The translations under genes were made by a program, and so were the position numbers. Below, piece after piece: positions 16,167-30,171 of a stretch of 64,000 nt of DNA. Under the pieces are notes generated by a model. The model made no database searches. It saw only the letters and a program-made list of their open reading frames with translations, and had not been told where the DNA came from. Within the stretch, counting starts at the first letter, position 1; every line of letters begins with the position of its first letter. This stretch comes from the human T2T-CHM13v2.0 reference genome, Homo sapiens. The DNA is taken from NCBI RefSeq assembly GCF_009914755.1, contig NC_060928.1; one strand, written 5' to 3'.

Positions 16167-17456
16167 TCATTTCACAGTGTAGTAGGATGTGGGCAAAGGG
16201 ATTAGGATCCTGTAAATACTACTCATTGCAATGCAATATGGTTGATACTTGCTCAATCAGAGGCTTAAAAGGTGATGTGGGGGCAAAGATGAGCTAAACC
16301 CGCTAGGGAAGAAGACACCACTGAACCGACATGTAGACAGAGACAAAAAGGAAGAGTCTGTGTCCACCATACTGGCAAAAGGAGAGAGAATAATAAGAAA
16401 AAAGATATGGAGGCATGAAGCGGCTTGTAGGATGTTGGTGATATGGGTTCAGCAGGACTTAGAGGGAGAGAGAGCCTATGAGGCTGGAAAGATCTATGGG
16501 GCTGGAACAGAAGGGGCTGTGGGCTAAGACATTTTGATTTTATACTACAAGGATGCTAGTCCTGAAGGCTTTGTTTTGAAGATGCTTTAAGAAATTTACT
16601 TGACACTAGACGACAGGATGGGGAGGAGAAGAACAATATGTATTCATAACAACCAGGGTGAGCATGTGATGCTTTTTGACCAGATGTCTTCTTCAGGTCA
16701 CTTTTTCCTTCTGAAGAGATACCCAGCCCTGGCAAACACTACACAGCCAGAGACCCAAATAGTCTGGGTGAACTGTAGCAAGTCATTTAATTACTGAGTC
16801 TGTTTGTTTCATTGAGAACGATCAATGGACTTTTCCATTTCTTACAGTTTATTTAGAAAAGAAAATGTTTACGAGGGAATTCAATTAATATCTATGGCAG
16901 ACCCACTATGTACTTATTGTTCTGCTGTTTTAACAGAAGAATTTAGCCTTTGTATTCTTCATAAGAAGCAAATGAGGTGATATATATGGAATGGTTTTAT
17001 GCATGTATATGCAGGGATATTTATATAGGCATACGGTCTGGTTAATTTTTTTCTGGGTAGAATTATAGTATCAAGTGAAGAAAAGTGAGTAAAAATGGTG
17101 GATAGAGATTATCTGGATCAAACTCAACATTTTAGTTAGTGTATTCATTATACCTTAACCCATTCCAAAATAAGCCACATCACATACACATGAAGAAACT
17201 AAGTCCTGAGAGAAGATGGTCTCAGGGAAACATGGTTTTCTGGTCAGAGAGGAATATTAGAACTGCTTCCCCTTAGCCCACCCACTGCACTTTCTCCTTT
17301 ACTTTTCTCTTTTAGATGAAATTTATATGGTAATGTATTTTAAGAAAATAATTGGAATCTACCCTTAGAAACCAAGCAGTTAGTTCTTGTTTTTATTATT
17401 TTCTGATTGAAACATTTGGTGTGTATGTATGTCTGGGTGTATCTCCTCCACACAAA

Positions 17457-17457
<1 letters not shown>

Positions 17458-17499
<42 letters not shown>
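17458..17499. repeat. (AC)21 microsatellite
   Basis: Perfect dinucleotide run. Confidence 0.97.
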
Positions 17500-17501
<2 letters not shown>

Positions 17502-17614
17502 TAGTATTCTAATGTCTGATGTTCCAACTGACTCTGGTACCTTCAACATTGCAGGTAGATTCAACTACCCCTAGTTAAAAACACTCTTGGTGTATGGAAC
17601 AATAAGGGTAAGAA

Positions 17615-17800
17615 TTAATATTCATTGAGCAATTGCAATGAGTCACACATTTAATACCTATGAATTAAAGGCTAATCATTCCCATTCTACAGATGAAAAG
17701 ACTGAGGGACAGAGAGAGTCACATACTGGTTTAAGTTTACATAGCTGTTTAGTAATAAAGCTCAGGTTTAATTCCAAGTAGTCTGACTCTAGACTCCTGC
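17615..17800 (-). mobile_element. MIR SINE
   Basis: 'cccattctacagatgaaaagactgagggacagagag...gtttacatagctg...aagctcaggtttaattccaagtagtctgactctaga'. Confidence 0.75.
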
Positions 17801-20142
17801 TTCAGTTCTAATCTAAGGAAAACAAATCTGATCTAAAGAAAACACCATCAACCCATGAAACTCAGCCAGGGTGTTGATAATTCTGGAGATAAATTCCATA
17901 GTCTCACCTGGAGCTTTCCCTGGTGACCCTTACAATGTTGAGATCCTACAGGGGACTGCACATGAATGTTTGTACCAGAAAGAGATGGGCAAGGGGAGTT
18001 GCCCTGCCTCTCTTATTAAGTTCATAGGAGACCTTCAGGCTGGAGCAGGCATGGCTGAAGAGTGATGCAAAGAGTAAAGCCCACCTCCTCATTTTTTTTT
18101 CCTTGACTATTTTGCTTTCTCCCCACTCAAGCCTTATCTGCCCAGAGATTGGGTCTCTCAGACACACTGTCAGACAGAAAAAAGGCACGAGAAACTGCTT
18201 GGAGTGTGGTAGGGAAAAGAAAAATAAAAAAGCATTGGAAATGTTTAGCTAAAGTAAGAATCATGCTTGACTGGAATGAGGGAATCTTGCAGGAGATAAA
18301 AGCACAGATGGGGATGTAAGATGCTGTGATAAGCACAGATCCTCTTTCTTTTGTGTGTTGGAGGGGAGGGAGCAGACAGCTAAATTTCCTTTCTATGTGT
18401 TATCCACCCATATTTCTTCGTTCCATTTAAAGGGAACATGTTGATCATACGTAACAGAGAACCAAAGGCTCAAGATATCTTTTCTAAATGGAGGCTAGTC
18501 AGAACTCTGGCCATTCCAGATCCCTTGATTTGATAAGAAATCATCTCTAGAGTAGTTATCTAATAAGTGCACAGAGAAGGATTTTATATTTGATAGAAAC
18601 CTGTATTAGACCAATTTAATTTAAAGCTAAATAATCACATGTATCCCTGTAATGTTATGGAAATACAGCCTCTAACTGTGTAGGATGCCACACTCCTGAC
18701 ATTTTTATAACAACATCAAAAATGCGTATTGAAATTTCTTTTATATTTCCTTGAAAAATAATGAATGTTCTTCTTTGTGCCTCCACCGGCTGTTTTGTCT
18801 AATCAGCTTTCTCGGACAAGTGGACAGAAAACATTTGTTGAATAACTCGTGATAAAAGCTGTCAGGAGTGGTTGAGAATGCTTTTCTTTCTTATTTTTTG
18901 CAACCGTGGAAGAAATTAGATATGCATGTCATGCTGAGGGCATCTCATTTTGAGACTAAGCCAGTGCTTTTGAAACAATACTAATTTTCCAATTAGAGTG
19001 TGCGTAGCCCATGGAGTTCCTTATGAATGAAAATCAAGCATGGATTGCATTTAGACGAATTCCATGAAGCAGGATTAACAATACACAGGCTGGAGAAAAT
19101 TGCCGCCGGCTGTAGTCTTTTATAAATGGTTAGAGCCAGAATTAACAATCATCTAACCAAATTTCTCACTTTATAAAGAAAGGTGTTGCGACAGAGAGAA
19201 GAAAATGTTTTTCCTATTGTTGGCAAAGGCTCCCAACACAGTGTCCATGCCCATTCCCAGGGAGATCTGTGTTTGGATTTTTATATATTCTTCCACTTTA
19301 CAGTTGATGTCAATGTTTCATTTAATATCCAATATTTATTGATTTACAATGATGGCACCGCTTTTATTTGATGTTTTGTCTTTGCAGTCACAATGGGGAT
19401 GTTTATTAGCTTGTCATTTTCATTTCAAATTTATTTTCTTGCCACTTTACAAAATGGATTCATCACAAAATTGGAGAACTGGAGGATGCAGAAGTTTACT
19501 TTTATAGCGTTTGTATTTTCCTGATTGAGCCAGAGACTGGAACATTGCACTGAAATTGTAACATTTTTCTCTACCAGAATATGTCAAAATGGCCATGTTT
19601 TGCATGTACCTCTAAATAATTCTGGAAACAAAAGGTCACTTTAGAATTCTCTGAGCACCCACTCACAGCATTTTACATTTAAGAAATTTAGACAGATTAT
19701 TTAAATGAGTTATCACAAACTCAATTATTTACAGGATAAAGGCAGGAATCCTGGCATGACAATAGGACTAAGCTACTTACATTTCATGAAACAGACTATT
19801 TCACATTCCAGTTCAAAAATTGAGTAGTCCAAGTACAGCATTGGAAGGCAATATCCACAAAAGTCTTCCCAGTTTTGACCTGGATTTAAATTCAGTGTCT
19901 GATACCTAAACCCCTCTATTTGGAAATGAGAATTAGGACCCTGCTCTCATGAATCTCAGTGCCAGGGTTTTTCCACTCCACTGTGTGGCTTTTCCTGTCT
20001 TCTAATTTATACGGCTACTCCTTTATTTGAATCCATCATCTATGCTGGTGAGGACAAATTCCAATGAAGAGTTTTCATTGGCAGCACCAGTCAGGCAATA
20101 ATAAAAAGTATTTGGAGGAATTTTCTTGATTTTTCATCTCAT

Positions 20143-20325
20143 TGTGTGTGTGTGTGTGTGGTGTGTGTGTGCATGTGTGTGTATGTGCCTATGTGTGTAT
20201 GTGCATGTGTGTGTGTCTGTATGTGAGAGTATGTTATGTGGATGAATATAAATGTGTGTGTACATGTATCTTGGTGTGCATGTGTATCTGCATGTGCATG
20301 CATGTATGTATGTGTGTGTCTCTGG
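20143..20325. repeat. Degenerate (TG)n/(TGTA)n low-complexity tract
   Basis: Alternating purine-pyrimidine run of ~180 bp. Confidence 0.9.
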
Positions 20326-21734
20326 GTATGGGTTGGCAGCTTGGCACATGACCTGGATTTTTCCCTGTGTTACCCTGCTCAATTGTGTGGGCACGCATTT
20401 ATTTGCTACCATATTTTCAATGTCCATGAGCTTTGAAATGGTTTGTTCTCTAATTCATTATGGCATGTTTTCCTTATTTATCATGACCTGCCTAAATCAA
20501 GAATTAAATGCACACTCTTACAGGCTTTCTTCAACACCATGGATTGGCCAAGGGATATTTGCAGAAGAGGCAGACTCTAGAAATTAATCAAAGCATCTGC
20601 CATTTTCCCCCTTGACTTCTTACTGATGCCTACTTTTAAATTTCCACACCTTTCTTTAGTAGACACCAGTGATTTTTGGACTGCTTATATTGTGCTGTTT
20701 TTGCCAAATAGGAAAGGGTTACAATTGATGTAATTTGATGTCTTTCACCCTAATTGTAGCGAAAGCTACTCTAATTGTAGAGAAGCAGGAAGTACTAAAG
20801 ACACATATACTTTTTTTTTTTCTTGGCTGGAAAAGCTTTTCTAGCAGTTACTTGTCCCAGAAGCCAGTCTCTAATCTTCAAGTGTTTCTGGAGAAAGCAT
20901 CAAAACGAAGGAGAAAAGTGTTTGTACACTGGGCACTTGCAGACGGAATTTGTGAGACCTTGAAACACAGAGGGAGACAAAAACAGCTTCATCTCTGCAG
21001 AAACTCACCATATTCTTGTGAGGATCCATTGGTCCGTTAGTGGTTGAAGTGAAACCTATATGTGTATGTTGTAATATTTAATTGAACTGCTTAGGAAAAT
21101 CATATAATAGTTTTTTTTAATGGCTTTACACAAATAATTTTCATTCAAAGCCCAGTCAGGAAAAGTCTGAGTTATAGAAACTACCAGGCTATATAGGCTG
21201 CATCAAAAATACCTCAAGTGACCAAGAGATTTATTGGTGCCTAGACCAAAATGGACAATCCTTGGGTGTGGACATCTACCTACATCAGGCCTCACCTCTT
21301 TCATAGGAAAGAAAGGAAGAGGAAGATGTTTTGTGAATGCACTATCTTACACTCATATAATACATTTCCCACAGTAAAGTTACATTTTCAGACACCCAGC
21401 TGTTATTGCCTTTAATCTATACTGAGGATCAACAATAACTTGTATTTCTATAGTGTTTTGCCCATTACAGAGCTCCTGCATATACTTCATAATGACCTTT
21501 CCTACTAGCCATCATGCAGGTGCAGTCATCCCCACCTTACAAATGAAAAGAAAAAGGAACTAAGAATTCATGAAAATGGAAGTTGAAAACAAAGATTTAT
21601 CCATGGTAGCTGAGGATCCTGAGGTCAAGAGTATGCAACAGTCATCACAATTTACTGAAAAATCAAAGCTTGTTAGCGGCAGAGCTAGAACAATATCACT
21701 GGTATTGTGATTCCAAAACCAGTGTCTATTCTGT

Positions 21735-22200
21735 GACTCATTCAATAAATCTTCATTGAATTCTTGTCACATGACAGTCAGTATCCCTGTTGCTGAGGCT
21801 ACAACGGCAAATAAGACATGATTCTTGTTTTCAAGGATCTCAAATTCAGGTCAAGGAGACAGTGAAATATGCAATCAATTACAATATACAGTGTGGTGAG
21901 TGCTGAGAGAAATCCAAGTATAAGAAGACACTGAAAGTGGGCACAGATCTGGGCATTAGTGACCATTTTTGGAAGGAATCACTTTTGTCCAAGTTCTGAA
22001 GGACATATTGGTATTTTATAAATAAAGCAAGATTCTTAAAGGCGTTTGGAACAGTAGGGAGTGAATTTTCTAGGACCCAGAGGTAGGAGAGAAGGCAAAC
22101 GAGAAACAAAAAAACTGAACATGTCAACCTTGGCGACCTGGATGAAATTCAATCTTACTAGTGTGTAGTGGCAGGAGACTAGGCTGGAGATATTAGCAGG
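21735..22200 (-). mobile_element. L2 fragment
   Basis: 'tcattcaataaatc...aaataagacatgattcttgttttcaaggatctcaaattc...aattacaatatacagtgtggtgagtgctg'. Confidence 0.65.
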
Positions 22201-23252
22201 GGGCCTTGTTAGCTGGATCTCCTCTCTCTGCAGCACATTTGGCTACATCCCTGAGCACACAAGTCAGACTGTGCCCTGTTTCTAATCAGAAAAACCCTGC
22301 TGTTCTTGGTATCCAAAGGCAGTCAGACCTGGTAATGGGCCTTGCTTTGACCTTTGGTCTTTGATGAAGAGAGTTAGGATCTTGAAGACTGTCCAGGGAG
22401 TCACTGACTTTCACTTATAGAGAATCAAGTTTGCAATTAGTGAGGCCTGGGCACTTGGTATTGAGTTTGGCAAAGGAAAAATCCCTCTGCTGATAGGGGA
22501 ATAGCTCTTCAGAAGGTGTTAGACCATCGGTAGCTTGCCAAGATTCTTTGAGTACCAGATACTGGAAGGTTAAACAGACCATCAGAGTACCTCGTAATTC
22601 AATATTTGGTACAGACATGCTAGTCTACTTGTAGGCTTGTTTTACTGAGACAAGCTTGTTTTATGAGAGCGATACACTTTCTAATATTTCTGTGATTTGA
22701 CTTAAAACTCATGTTTGTTCATCTCAGCTAGACTCAATCAAACAGAACAAGTAATCTGGCTCATAAAATACAAACTCAAGCAGTATATATTACTTTAAAT
22801 TGGCTATCTCTGGGTTCCCAAGAATTCCACATATAGCTGCAGAAATTACCTTTGGTGATTACAGAGTTCCTACTAAAGTGAAACCATAACTGTGTTAGAA
22901 TATTTGAGACATATTTGTTGATACAATTCTGTAGGGTAGTTCCCTGATTCACCATGGAAGATGAATGACACAAGATAATTTGATGGCATAAATTATTTAT
23001 TTCAGGAAACATTTTTACCAAAGATCAGGGGAGACTTCCTTCTTGTCAGGCCATAAATAGTTAATTGTTTCCTTACAAACTGTAGTGAGTAAACATTGTA
23101 ATTCTTTATGTCAGGTGTCAGATAAAAGTATATCTTAAATACATTTCATTTGTCCTCAATTTAAGAAAATGATAAGTAAAAATAAAAATTTTGCCTGCAT
23201 TGTTTTCTCAGTCATTTTCTGGTGAGGTTCTCTTTTAGAATTGCTTAAATGG

Positions 23253-23687
23253 TGTTATGGGTTTAACCGTGACCTCCAAAAAGATATGTTGAAATCTTAA
23301 CCTCTGGATCCTCAGAATGTGACCTTATTTGGAAACAAGGTTGTTACAGATGTAATTAGTTAAGATTAAGTCATGCTGGAGTAGAATGAGCCCCTAATAC
23401 AATATTACTGGCGTCTTTTTCAAGAAGAGGGGAGGGAGATACACAGGAAGGTCATGTAAAGACAGAGGTAGAGATCAAAGTGGCGCATCTACAAGTCAAA
23501 GAATGCCAATGGTTGCTGACTGTCTCCAGAAGCCAGGAGAGAAGCAGGAAACAGATTCACTCAGAGCCCATAGAGGGAACCAATCGTGCTGGTACCTTGT
23601 CTTTGGACTTACAGCCTCCAGAATTGTTGGACTATGTTGTGTAAGGCTTGTGCTACTTTTTAATGGCAGCCCTAGGAAACTAAAACA
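23253..23687 (+). mobile_element. MaLR solo LTR (MLT1C-type)
   Basis: TGTTATGGG...AAAAGATATGTTGAA...CAGAATGTGACCTTATTTGGAAA...CAGATGTAATTAGTTAAGAT...GGCAGCCCTAGGAAACTAAAACA. Confidence 0.9.
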
Positions 23688-24017
23688 AGTGATGTAAGCA
23701 GAAATGGAAACTCCTCCCTTCCCCACTTTCCAGCTTAGGATGTAAGAGAGAATGTGATCATGAGCTCCATGCTTATAACCTGGTTCCTCTTTGTTTTAAA
23801 ATGAATTGCCTCCTTGCTTGACAGGAAGGACATCTAATTAAGAATTATCCTTTCCCATTGTAGCATTTCTGTTCTTTTACAGAAATGTTACAAAATAAAA
23901 AATACTTGAATATTCTCATGATTCTTAGTATAAGTGGCTGTAGCACATCTTTTATTGTCCTTCTTGATTATAATGTTTATGCATTAGCTATTGGGACACT
24001 GACACTCTAGGTCTTCT

Positions 24018-24073
24018 CTACCATGCTATCCTCATGAAAGTTTAGCTACCATGCTATCCTCATGACAATTTAG
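24018..24073. repeat. 28-bp tandem duplication
   Basis: ctaccatgctatcctcatgaaagtttag / ctaccatgctatcctcatgacaatttag (2 mismatches). Confidence 0.92.
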
Positions 24074-25373
24074 CAACATTGTATGTTCACAGATGAGGAA
24101 AAAAATAACCCCAGGATAAGCAGCCAGGACTGCAGCCTCCTGGGGTGGGGTTGTCCAAGGGTTCATGGCACAATCTATTCCTGAGTCTTCCCAATGATTG
24201 AGAACAGATGGGCACTAAACTCTAGGAGGCTTGGAAAAAAATCCTTGTATTTGACCATTTTCCAAGGCAAAATGAGAGAAGGTAGTCAGTGTTAGTTTGA
24301 TTTGGCAATAGCACCAGACTAATAAAACAGTGACAGCCAGTAGATCCTTTTAAGGTCCAAGGATACCCGTCTTTGGTACTATTATCCCAGAAGCTCAGAG
24401 CCCACCAGTTTCATGTATTAATTTGGATTCTAATATGTGTCAAGTTTCCCTTGGTTGTTGGGTTAACTTAATTTCCAGATATGTAGTTGCTCCTTGGATT
24501 ACCTTGTTACATGACACCAGGTAAAATTTTTCCATTTCAGTTTAATTTAGATTATGAAAATCTAAAATTGAGGTAAACCTTCATTCGCCACAGCTTGGTA
24601 ATGCTTGTTTATTTTGAAACAACAAATATCATACAGTTCTCCCTAGGCATAACCTTGTCTTTCAACCATTGAGGTGGTTTGAGTACCTGGCTTCTCCAAA
24701 ACCATGGAGAACATAGCCCTCACGTGGCACTCTACATAACATTCATTGGTTCAATTAGTTTGTGACACCAAATTTATTGACCTGAGGTTGGATTGGTCCA
24801 GCCTTTCCATGCTGTCAAAGGGGTGTTTTAACGTGGCACCCACACTCCTTTAGAGCAAAACCAGCTGCCAGAAGAGCCCTAAATGAGCTGTAAATAGGGA
24901 ACTAAAACAGACACTAAAACAGGATTATTCAGACCTGTTGGGTAATTAAGACTTTGGCAGGTAGACAGTTTATCCACAAAACAAGAGAAATCAAAGCAGA
25001 ATGAGTTCCTTTTGGTACCATGAACCCAGGCAAGATGGCCATGGGGTAGTCTGAAGTATTGACAATGAGATGTAGTTTTCATAACTTTGGAAAAATTTGA
25101 GAACTATAATCAAAGGATATATTTTTCAACAGAGTCTGAGGCTATTTTTCAATTTAGTTGGAATGTAAAGCTGCTTGCATTAATGAATTTATAATTTTAG
25201 AGTTTTTGATTTTTGAACTTTATAGATGATGTATTCTCTCTCCTTGTTGACTAATCTTTGTGTTTGTTACATCTAGCTTGGAATACGGAGGTTAAGGAAA
25301 GAGTATCACTGAGTAGTTGTGGTGCTGCCTTCATGTGTCATACGAGAGGAAATTTGGAAATCAAAAACCATCA

Positions 25374-25672
<299 letters not shown>

Positions 25673-26891
25673 TCAATTTAAATCCGACTATGGTATTTAC
25701 TAACCATGTGACCTTGAGAGAGACACCTAACCACTATGTGTGTGTGTGTGGTTGGGGGGTGGGTTTCTTTATGTGCAAGAAGTTTGCTAGAATAGAGCTG
25801 GAGTCCAAGTTCTTAGTGCTGGATGTAATTTATCAGTTGTGCTTGGAGCAAGCAGTGATAAACAGAAACAGGAGTATAAAGCACTGAACTTCATTACAGG
25901 TAAGAAGCATGAAACCTATCTTCCATTGCAGAGAAGGGCAGACTCCAGAAAGGGTCCATATAGGGACCTAATAACAGTAAAATATTGTTGGGCATAGAAA
26001 ACAACTTCCTTTAAGACATAACATTTATTCTCTAAAAAAGCAAGGGGCTATGATGATATAGAAAGTAGAATATTTTTTCACATATTTTCAGTAGATCAGA
26101 GGCTATGTATGATTCTCACTGTTTTCTATACATAGTGTTTCCCTGTCTTGTACACTACTGCATTTTCATGAGGTCAGTCATGCCCTGTGAGTTTCTGCTG
26201 CTTTTCATTGTTTTCCCAAGTTTACTTTCCTTTAACTGGCCAGTATGTGTTAAAGTTCCTTAGGACTGGACCTGATCCTTATTCTCACCCTGTAGGAAAC
26301 CTCACACACAACCACAGTTTTAATCATCACCAGATGTCAAAAACTCCCAAATAAAAATCTCCAAGCCTAACCTTTCCTTAGAGTTTCAGATTTTTGAAAC
26401 CAAGTTGTGTGCTTCACATTTCCACTTGGATATAACAGAGTCACCTCAAATTCAACACGTCCAAAAACACATGCCTGGTTGCCATCTGCAAACCTGGATT
26501 TTTTCCAGGTGTTCTAGTTTAATCAGTGATACTGCTTTTCATCAAACTGCATAAACAAAACATTGGAGTCCACCCTCGAAGCCTTTTTCCCCATCTTGAA
26601 TTCACCAACTTCTCTATATTTCCACCATTATTTTCCTATCCAAGCTAGTGTCATGTCTTGCTTGAACTACAAGTCTCCATCCATTCTTGTCCCTTCCAAA
26701 CCAGTTTATATTTTGCAGCCAAACTGGTCATTTTAATGTGTGAATCGGAATAGTAACTTACCTTTTTACTTCCTGTAGATGTGGGTGTCTATGTGTACAC
26801 AAACACGTGAGCTTGTACGCATGCATTTAAGAACTCTTATTCCACTGTTGTTAGGATGAAATACCAATTTTGAATATAAGGTCTATAATGC

Positions 26892-27411
26892 TGTAACAGG
26901 CAAAGGCTTGGCAGAAAACAAATGACACACTCAAGTGAATAATTAAGAAGGATTTAATAAAAAGACTATTTTAAAAAATGTGGGCTAGGTTAAGGGAAAA
27001 CAGCAAAGGATGTAAGGCACCCTGTGGTTAGAAACAGTAGGGAGCTATCACCTCTCAGAAGTAAAGAGGCAAAGGAAGGAAGGAAGGGAACATTACTGAA
27101 AAGGAAAGAGGGGAGGAGAGAGAGAGAGAGAGAAAGAAAGAAAGAGAGAGAGAGAAGAGGGCCATCATGCATGATCTGCTTTAAGTAGAGAGGCACAGCC
27201 ACTGCTAACACAGGGCACAGCAAAGAAAGAGGTAGAGGAATACATTATTTCCTCACTCTCATTTCAATATCCAGTTTCCTGACAGTGCCTCCCATTGGCT
27301 AAGACACCACACCTGGAAGCTGGAGGGCAGGGAAGCTATTGATAGAGTTCTTAAAGGTTGCCCTTGTTGGAGAAGAAAGTAGGGCTGATCTGGAGGACCA
27401 CATCCAGCATA
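26892..27411 (-). mobile_element. ERVL-class solo LTR (LTR41-like; uncertain) containing a GA/GGAA purine tract
   Basis: 'cagaaaacaaatgacacactcaa...gatttaataaaaagactattt...gcctcccattggct...gatctggagg'; purine tract ~27060-27160. Confidence 0.5.
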
Positions 27412-27691
27412 GAGATTTTCAGCCCCATGATCTACTAGTCAGTCATGTTATGCCATACCTTTCCCTAATACTCCGTTCCATCCACATAGGTCTTCTTCTT
27501 TCAGTTACTCAGATTTTTACATATGCTGCTGTCTCCACCTAGAAATGCCCCCATGTCCAACATTTTTCTTGGAAAGTTTTATCACTTTCTTACACATTAG
27601 TTTAACTATCATTCCAAAATGGAAGCATTTCCCACACTCCCAGGCCCCTATTATATACTCCGTCATTACCATTCAACTTTCTTATTAGTAG

Positions 27692-28229
27692 TGTTACAGG
27701 AAAGGGGTCCCATCCAGACCCCAAGAGAGGGTTCCTGGATCTTGTGCAAGAAAGAATTCAAGGCGAGTCCACAGTGCAGAGCAAAAGCAAGTTTATTAAA
27801 AAAGTAAGGTAATGAAAGTCCAGCTACTCCATAGATAGAATAGGGCATTCCCGAAAGTAGGAGAAGGAATGTGTCCACCCGAGCTACAATGCTTGTTTAT
27901 ATATAGAATTGAAAAAGATCATGGGGACATGTGCTCTGTTACAGGGTTTGTGAGAAAGGATTAATTTTCTTAATTACTCTATTTTGCAAGAATCGATATT
28001 ATTATCTTTAAAGCAAAATTTGGAATGCTTCTGTTCTCAAGATATAGGGATATCAGGATTCTCCCAAGTCTGAGTATGTTTAGTAAATGTTATCAATCTG
28101 TTCCTTTAACTGTAAACATCTAGAGGCTAGGAATGCCTAACTTTCTGGGAATGCAGCCCAGCAAGTCCTAAGGTCATTTTTCTAGCCCTCACTCAAGATG
28201 GAGCCGCTCTGGTTCAAATGCCTTTGGCA
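27692..28229 (-). mobile_element. MER41 solo LTR (MER41C/D-like, ERV1)
   Basis: Minus strand begins TGCCAAAGGCATTTGAACCAGAGCGGCTCCATCTTGAGTGAGGGCTAG...GCTGGGCTGCATTCCCAGAAAG and ends GGGACCCCTTTCCTGTAACA; TSD gtag/gtac. Confidence 0.92.
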
Positions 28230-29601
28230 GTACTTGTTAGAGATTTAAATTTATATGTATTTCCCTGATTTTTCATTAATGCAAACAACCCCTGTGATAC
28301 TCCCCAGTGATGTAGCTTCTTTGCATCTAACACAATGCTCTGGCACATGATAGCTGTGTGTACAATATTTGTCAAATGAATGAATGCATTTATTGTTCTA
28401 CTATAGTCTATAAATGAAAAGGGGAAAAAAAGTTTTGAATGGATGACTCCCACACCTTTATTTTAGGTATCTAACATTGGGAGGAAAGGGCATACTCTTT
28501 AAATAGTACATATCAATTCAGAAGTTGAATGTTACAACTTAATGAATGCAATATATAGACATGCAAATAAGAAGTTAATTTTCAGAGGAAAAGTTAGATA
28601 GAATTAAGTAAAGACTTTTCTTATTGCAAAAGCTGTTACAGGACACTTAAAAATCATAGCTCTGTCCCTTGGTTTAGATTTTCTGATAGGAAATCAGCCA
28701 AATAAATGCAGCTTTCTAGAGTTTTTTTCCCCACAAGTACTTTCTTTGATTTTTATTGTCAAAATATGCATACTTCTGTTACTAAAGGAAATCCTCGAAG
28801 GCAAAAGTAGTGGCTTTCAGTCTGGGTCTGAAGTGGGGATATTTGTCTGAAGCAGTTTTAGACACCAAATGGAAGAATGTTTTCAGTGAAGGTTCATGAG
28901 AAATTCATCTTCCTCTGAGTCTCGGAGGGAACCTGAGATCTGGAATGATTTTTTTTCATTGTATTTCTTGGTAGAATGGAGAAAGCTGAGATCCAAGCAA
29001 AAGAGCACTCCAAGTGTTCAGGTATCAGGCACTTAAGTTATAAGGATTATTTTTGAGAATATTGAGTTGTGCAGAGGATTATATTAATGAAATATGAATC
29101 TGTCACCTGCCACTTGTGGTTCAGATTCCACTTGGTGGGAAATATATACAATATGTTTCACTAGCTGTTGTAGTTTAAAGGGTGTATGTAAAACATATTG
29201 GGGGTCTGCACCCAAATCCCTGAAACTACATACCGCCCTACTAATGGGTATTGTTGTCTAAAATATCAGTTTGAATTTATATTATCCCATAATGTGTTCA
29301 TACTATTTTTTTAGCCCAATGGGTTAGTGAGCAGCATAATAATTAGGAGTCCTTGGAAAGACATTGACTCTGACCGGACAAGATTAAGAATCTTAAGTTG
29401 TCATCTTTCAATTTTTATTTAGTATTTTATTTCATAAACTTACGTTATTAATTGGCTTTCAAAACAAATCATGTAAAATAAAAGGAGTCTTTCCTGTGTT
29501 TTTTGTGTGCAAATCAAAATGCCAAATGATATATTTATTATATTATTAAAGAACCAATATTTATCAAATAATAATTATGTGTCAGCTACAGTTTTGGACA
29601 C

Positions 29602-30108
29602 TGTATTATTTAGCTCATGATGAAATATAGCTGTATAACAAATTATCCCAACATGAAGTGGCTTGAAATAGTCATTTATTCTCATGGATCTGCTGGTCAG
29701 TTTTGGTGATTCTGGTGATCTAGGCTGGGCTATACTGGGCAGCTGTACTTTAAGCTGCAGATCAGTGAGGTGGCAAGTGCAACTTACCTCCTTTTATGTC
29801 TCTCCTTTTCCTTTACCTCCTTACCTTCCTTCTCTTTACCTTAACTAGTAAGCTAGTTGAGGTAAGCTCTTCTCATGACAATGGCAGGAGTGCAAGGAAA
29901 CAAAGATAAATTCACAAGATCTCTGAGTCTCTAGGTTCAGAACCGGCATATCTATCATGTTTACCCAAATGTCTCTTGACCAAAACCAATTGCAGACAAG
30001 CGCAAAGTCCACCTGCATGGAAATACACTCTACCCATAATGAGGACATGGCAAATTGTAGATAGGAGAAGGGGATGAGAGACTGGCGCCAATTATTCCAT
30101 CTACCACA
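29602..30108 (-). mobile_element. Old MaLR LTR (MLT1H-J-type)
   Basis: 'gctgtataacaaattatcccaa...agtggcttgaaa...catttattctcatggatctgc' through 'atctaccaca'. Confidence 0.65.
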
Positions 30109-30171
30109 GTGTACTTTAAATTCTTTACCTTACTTAAATCTCACAGTAACCCTATGACATAGGTATTATTA

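Larger units (their letters stand above)
26310..28390 (+). mobile_element. L2 fragment interrupted by two LTRs
   Basis: L2 motifs 'catttccacttggat...cacctcaaattcaacacgtccaaaa' (26420-26465) and terminus 'caatgctctggcacatgatag...aatatttgtcaaatgaatgaatg' (28330-28387). Confidence 0.65.

Noticed and set aside
20134-20587. Cys/Val- or His/Thr-rich ORFs
   Set aside because: Translation of a (TG)n low-complexity tract
25891-25905. Consensus splice donor CAG|GTAAGA
   Set aside because: No convincing upstream acceptor; isolated donor matches are common
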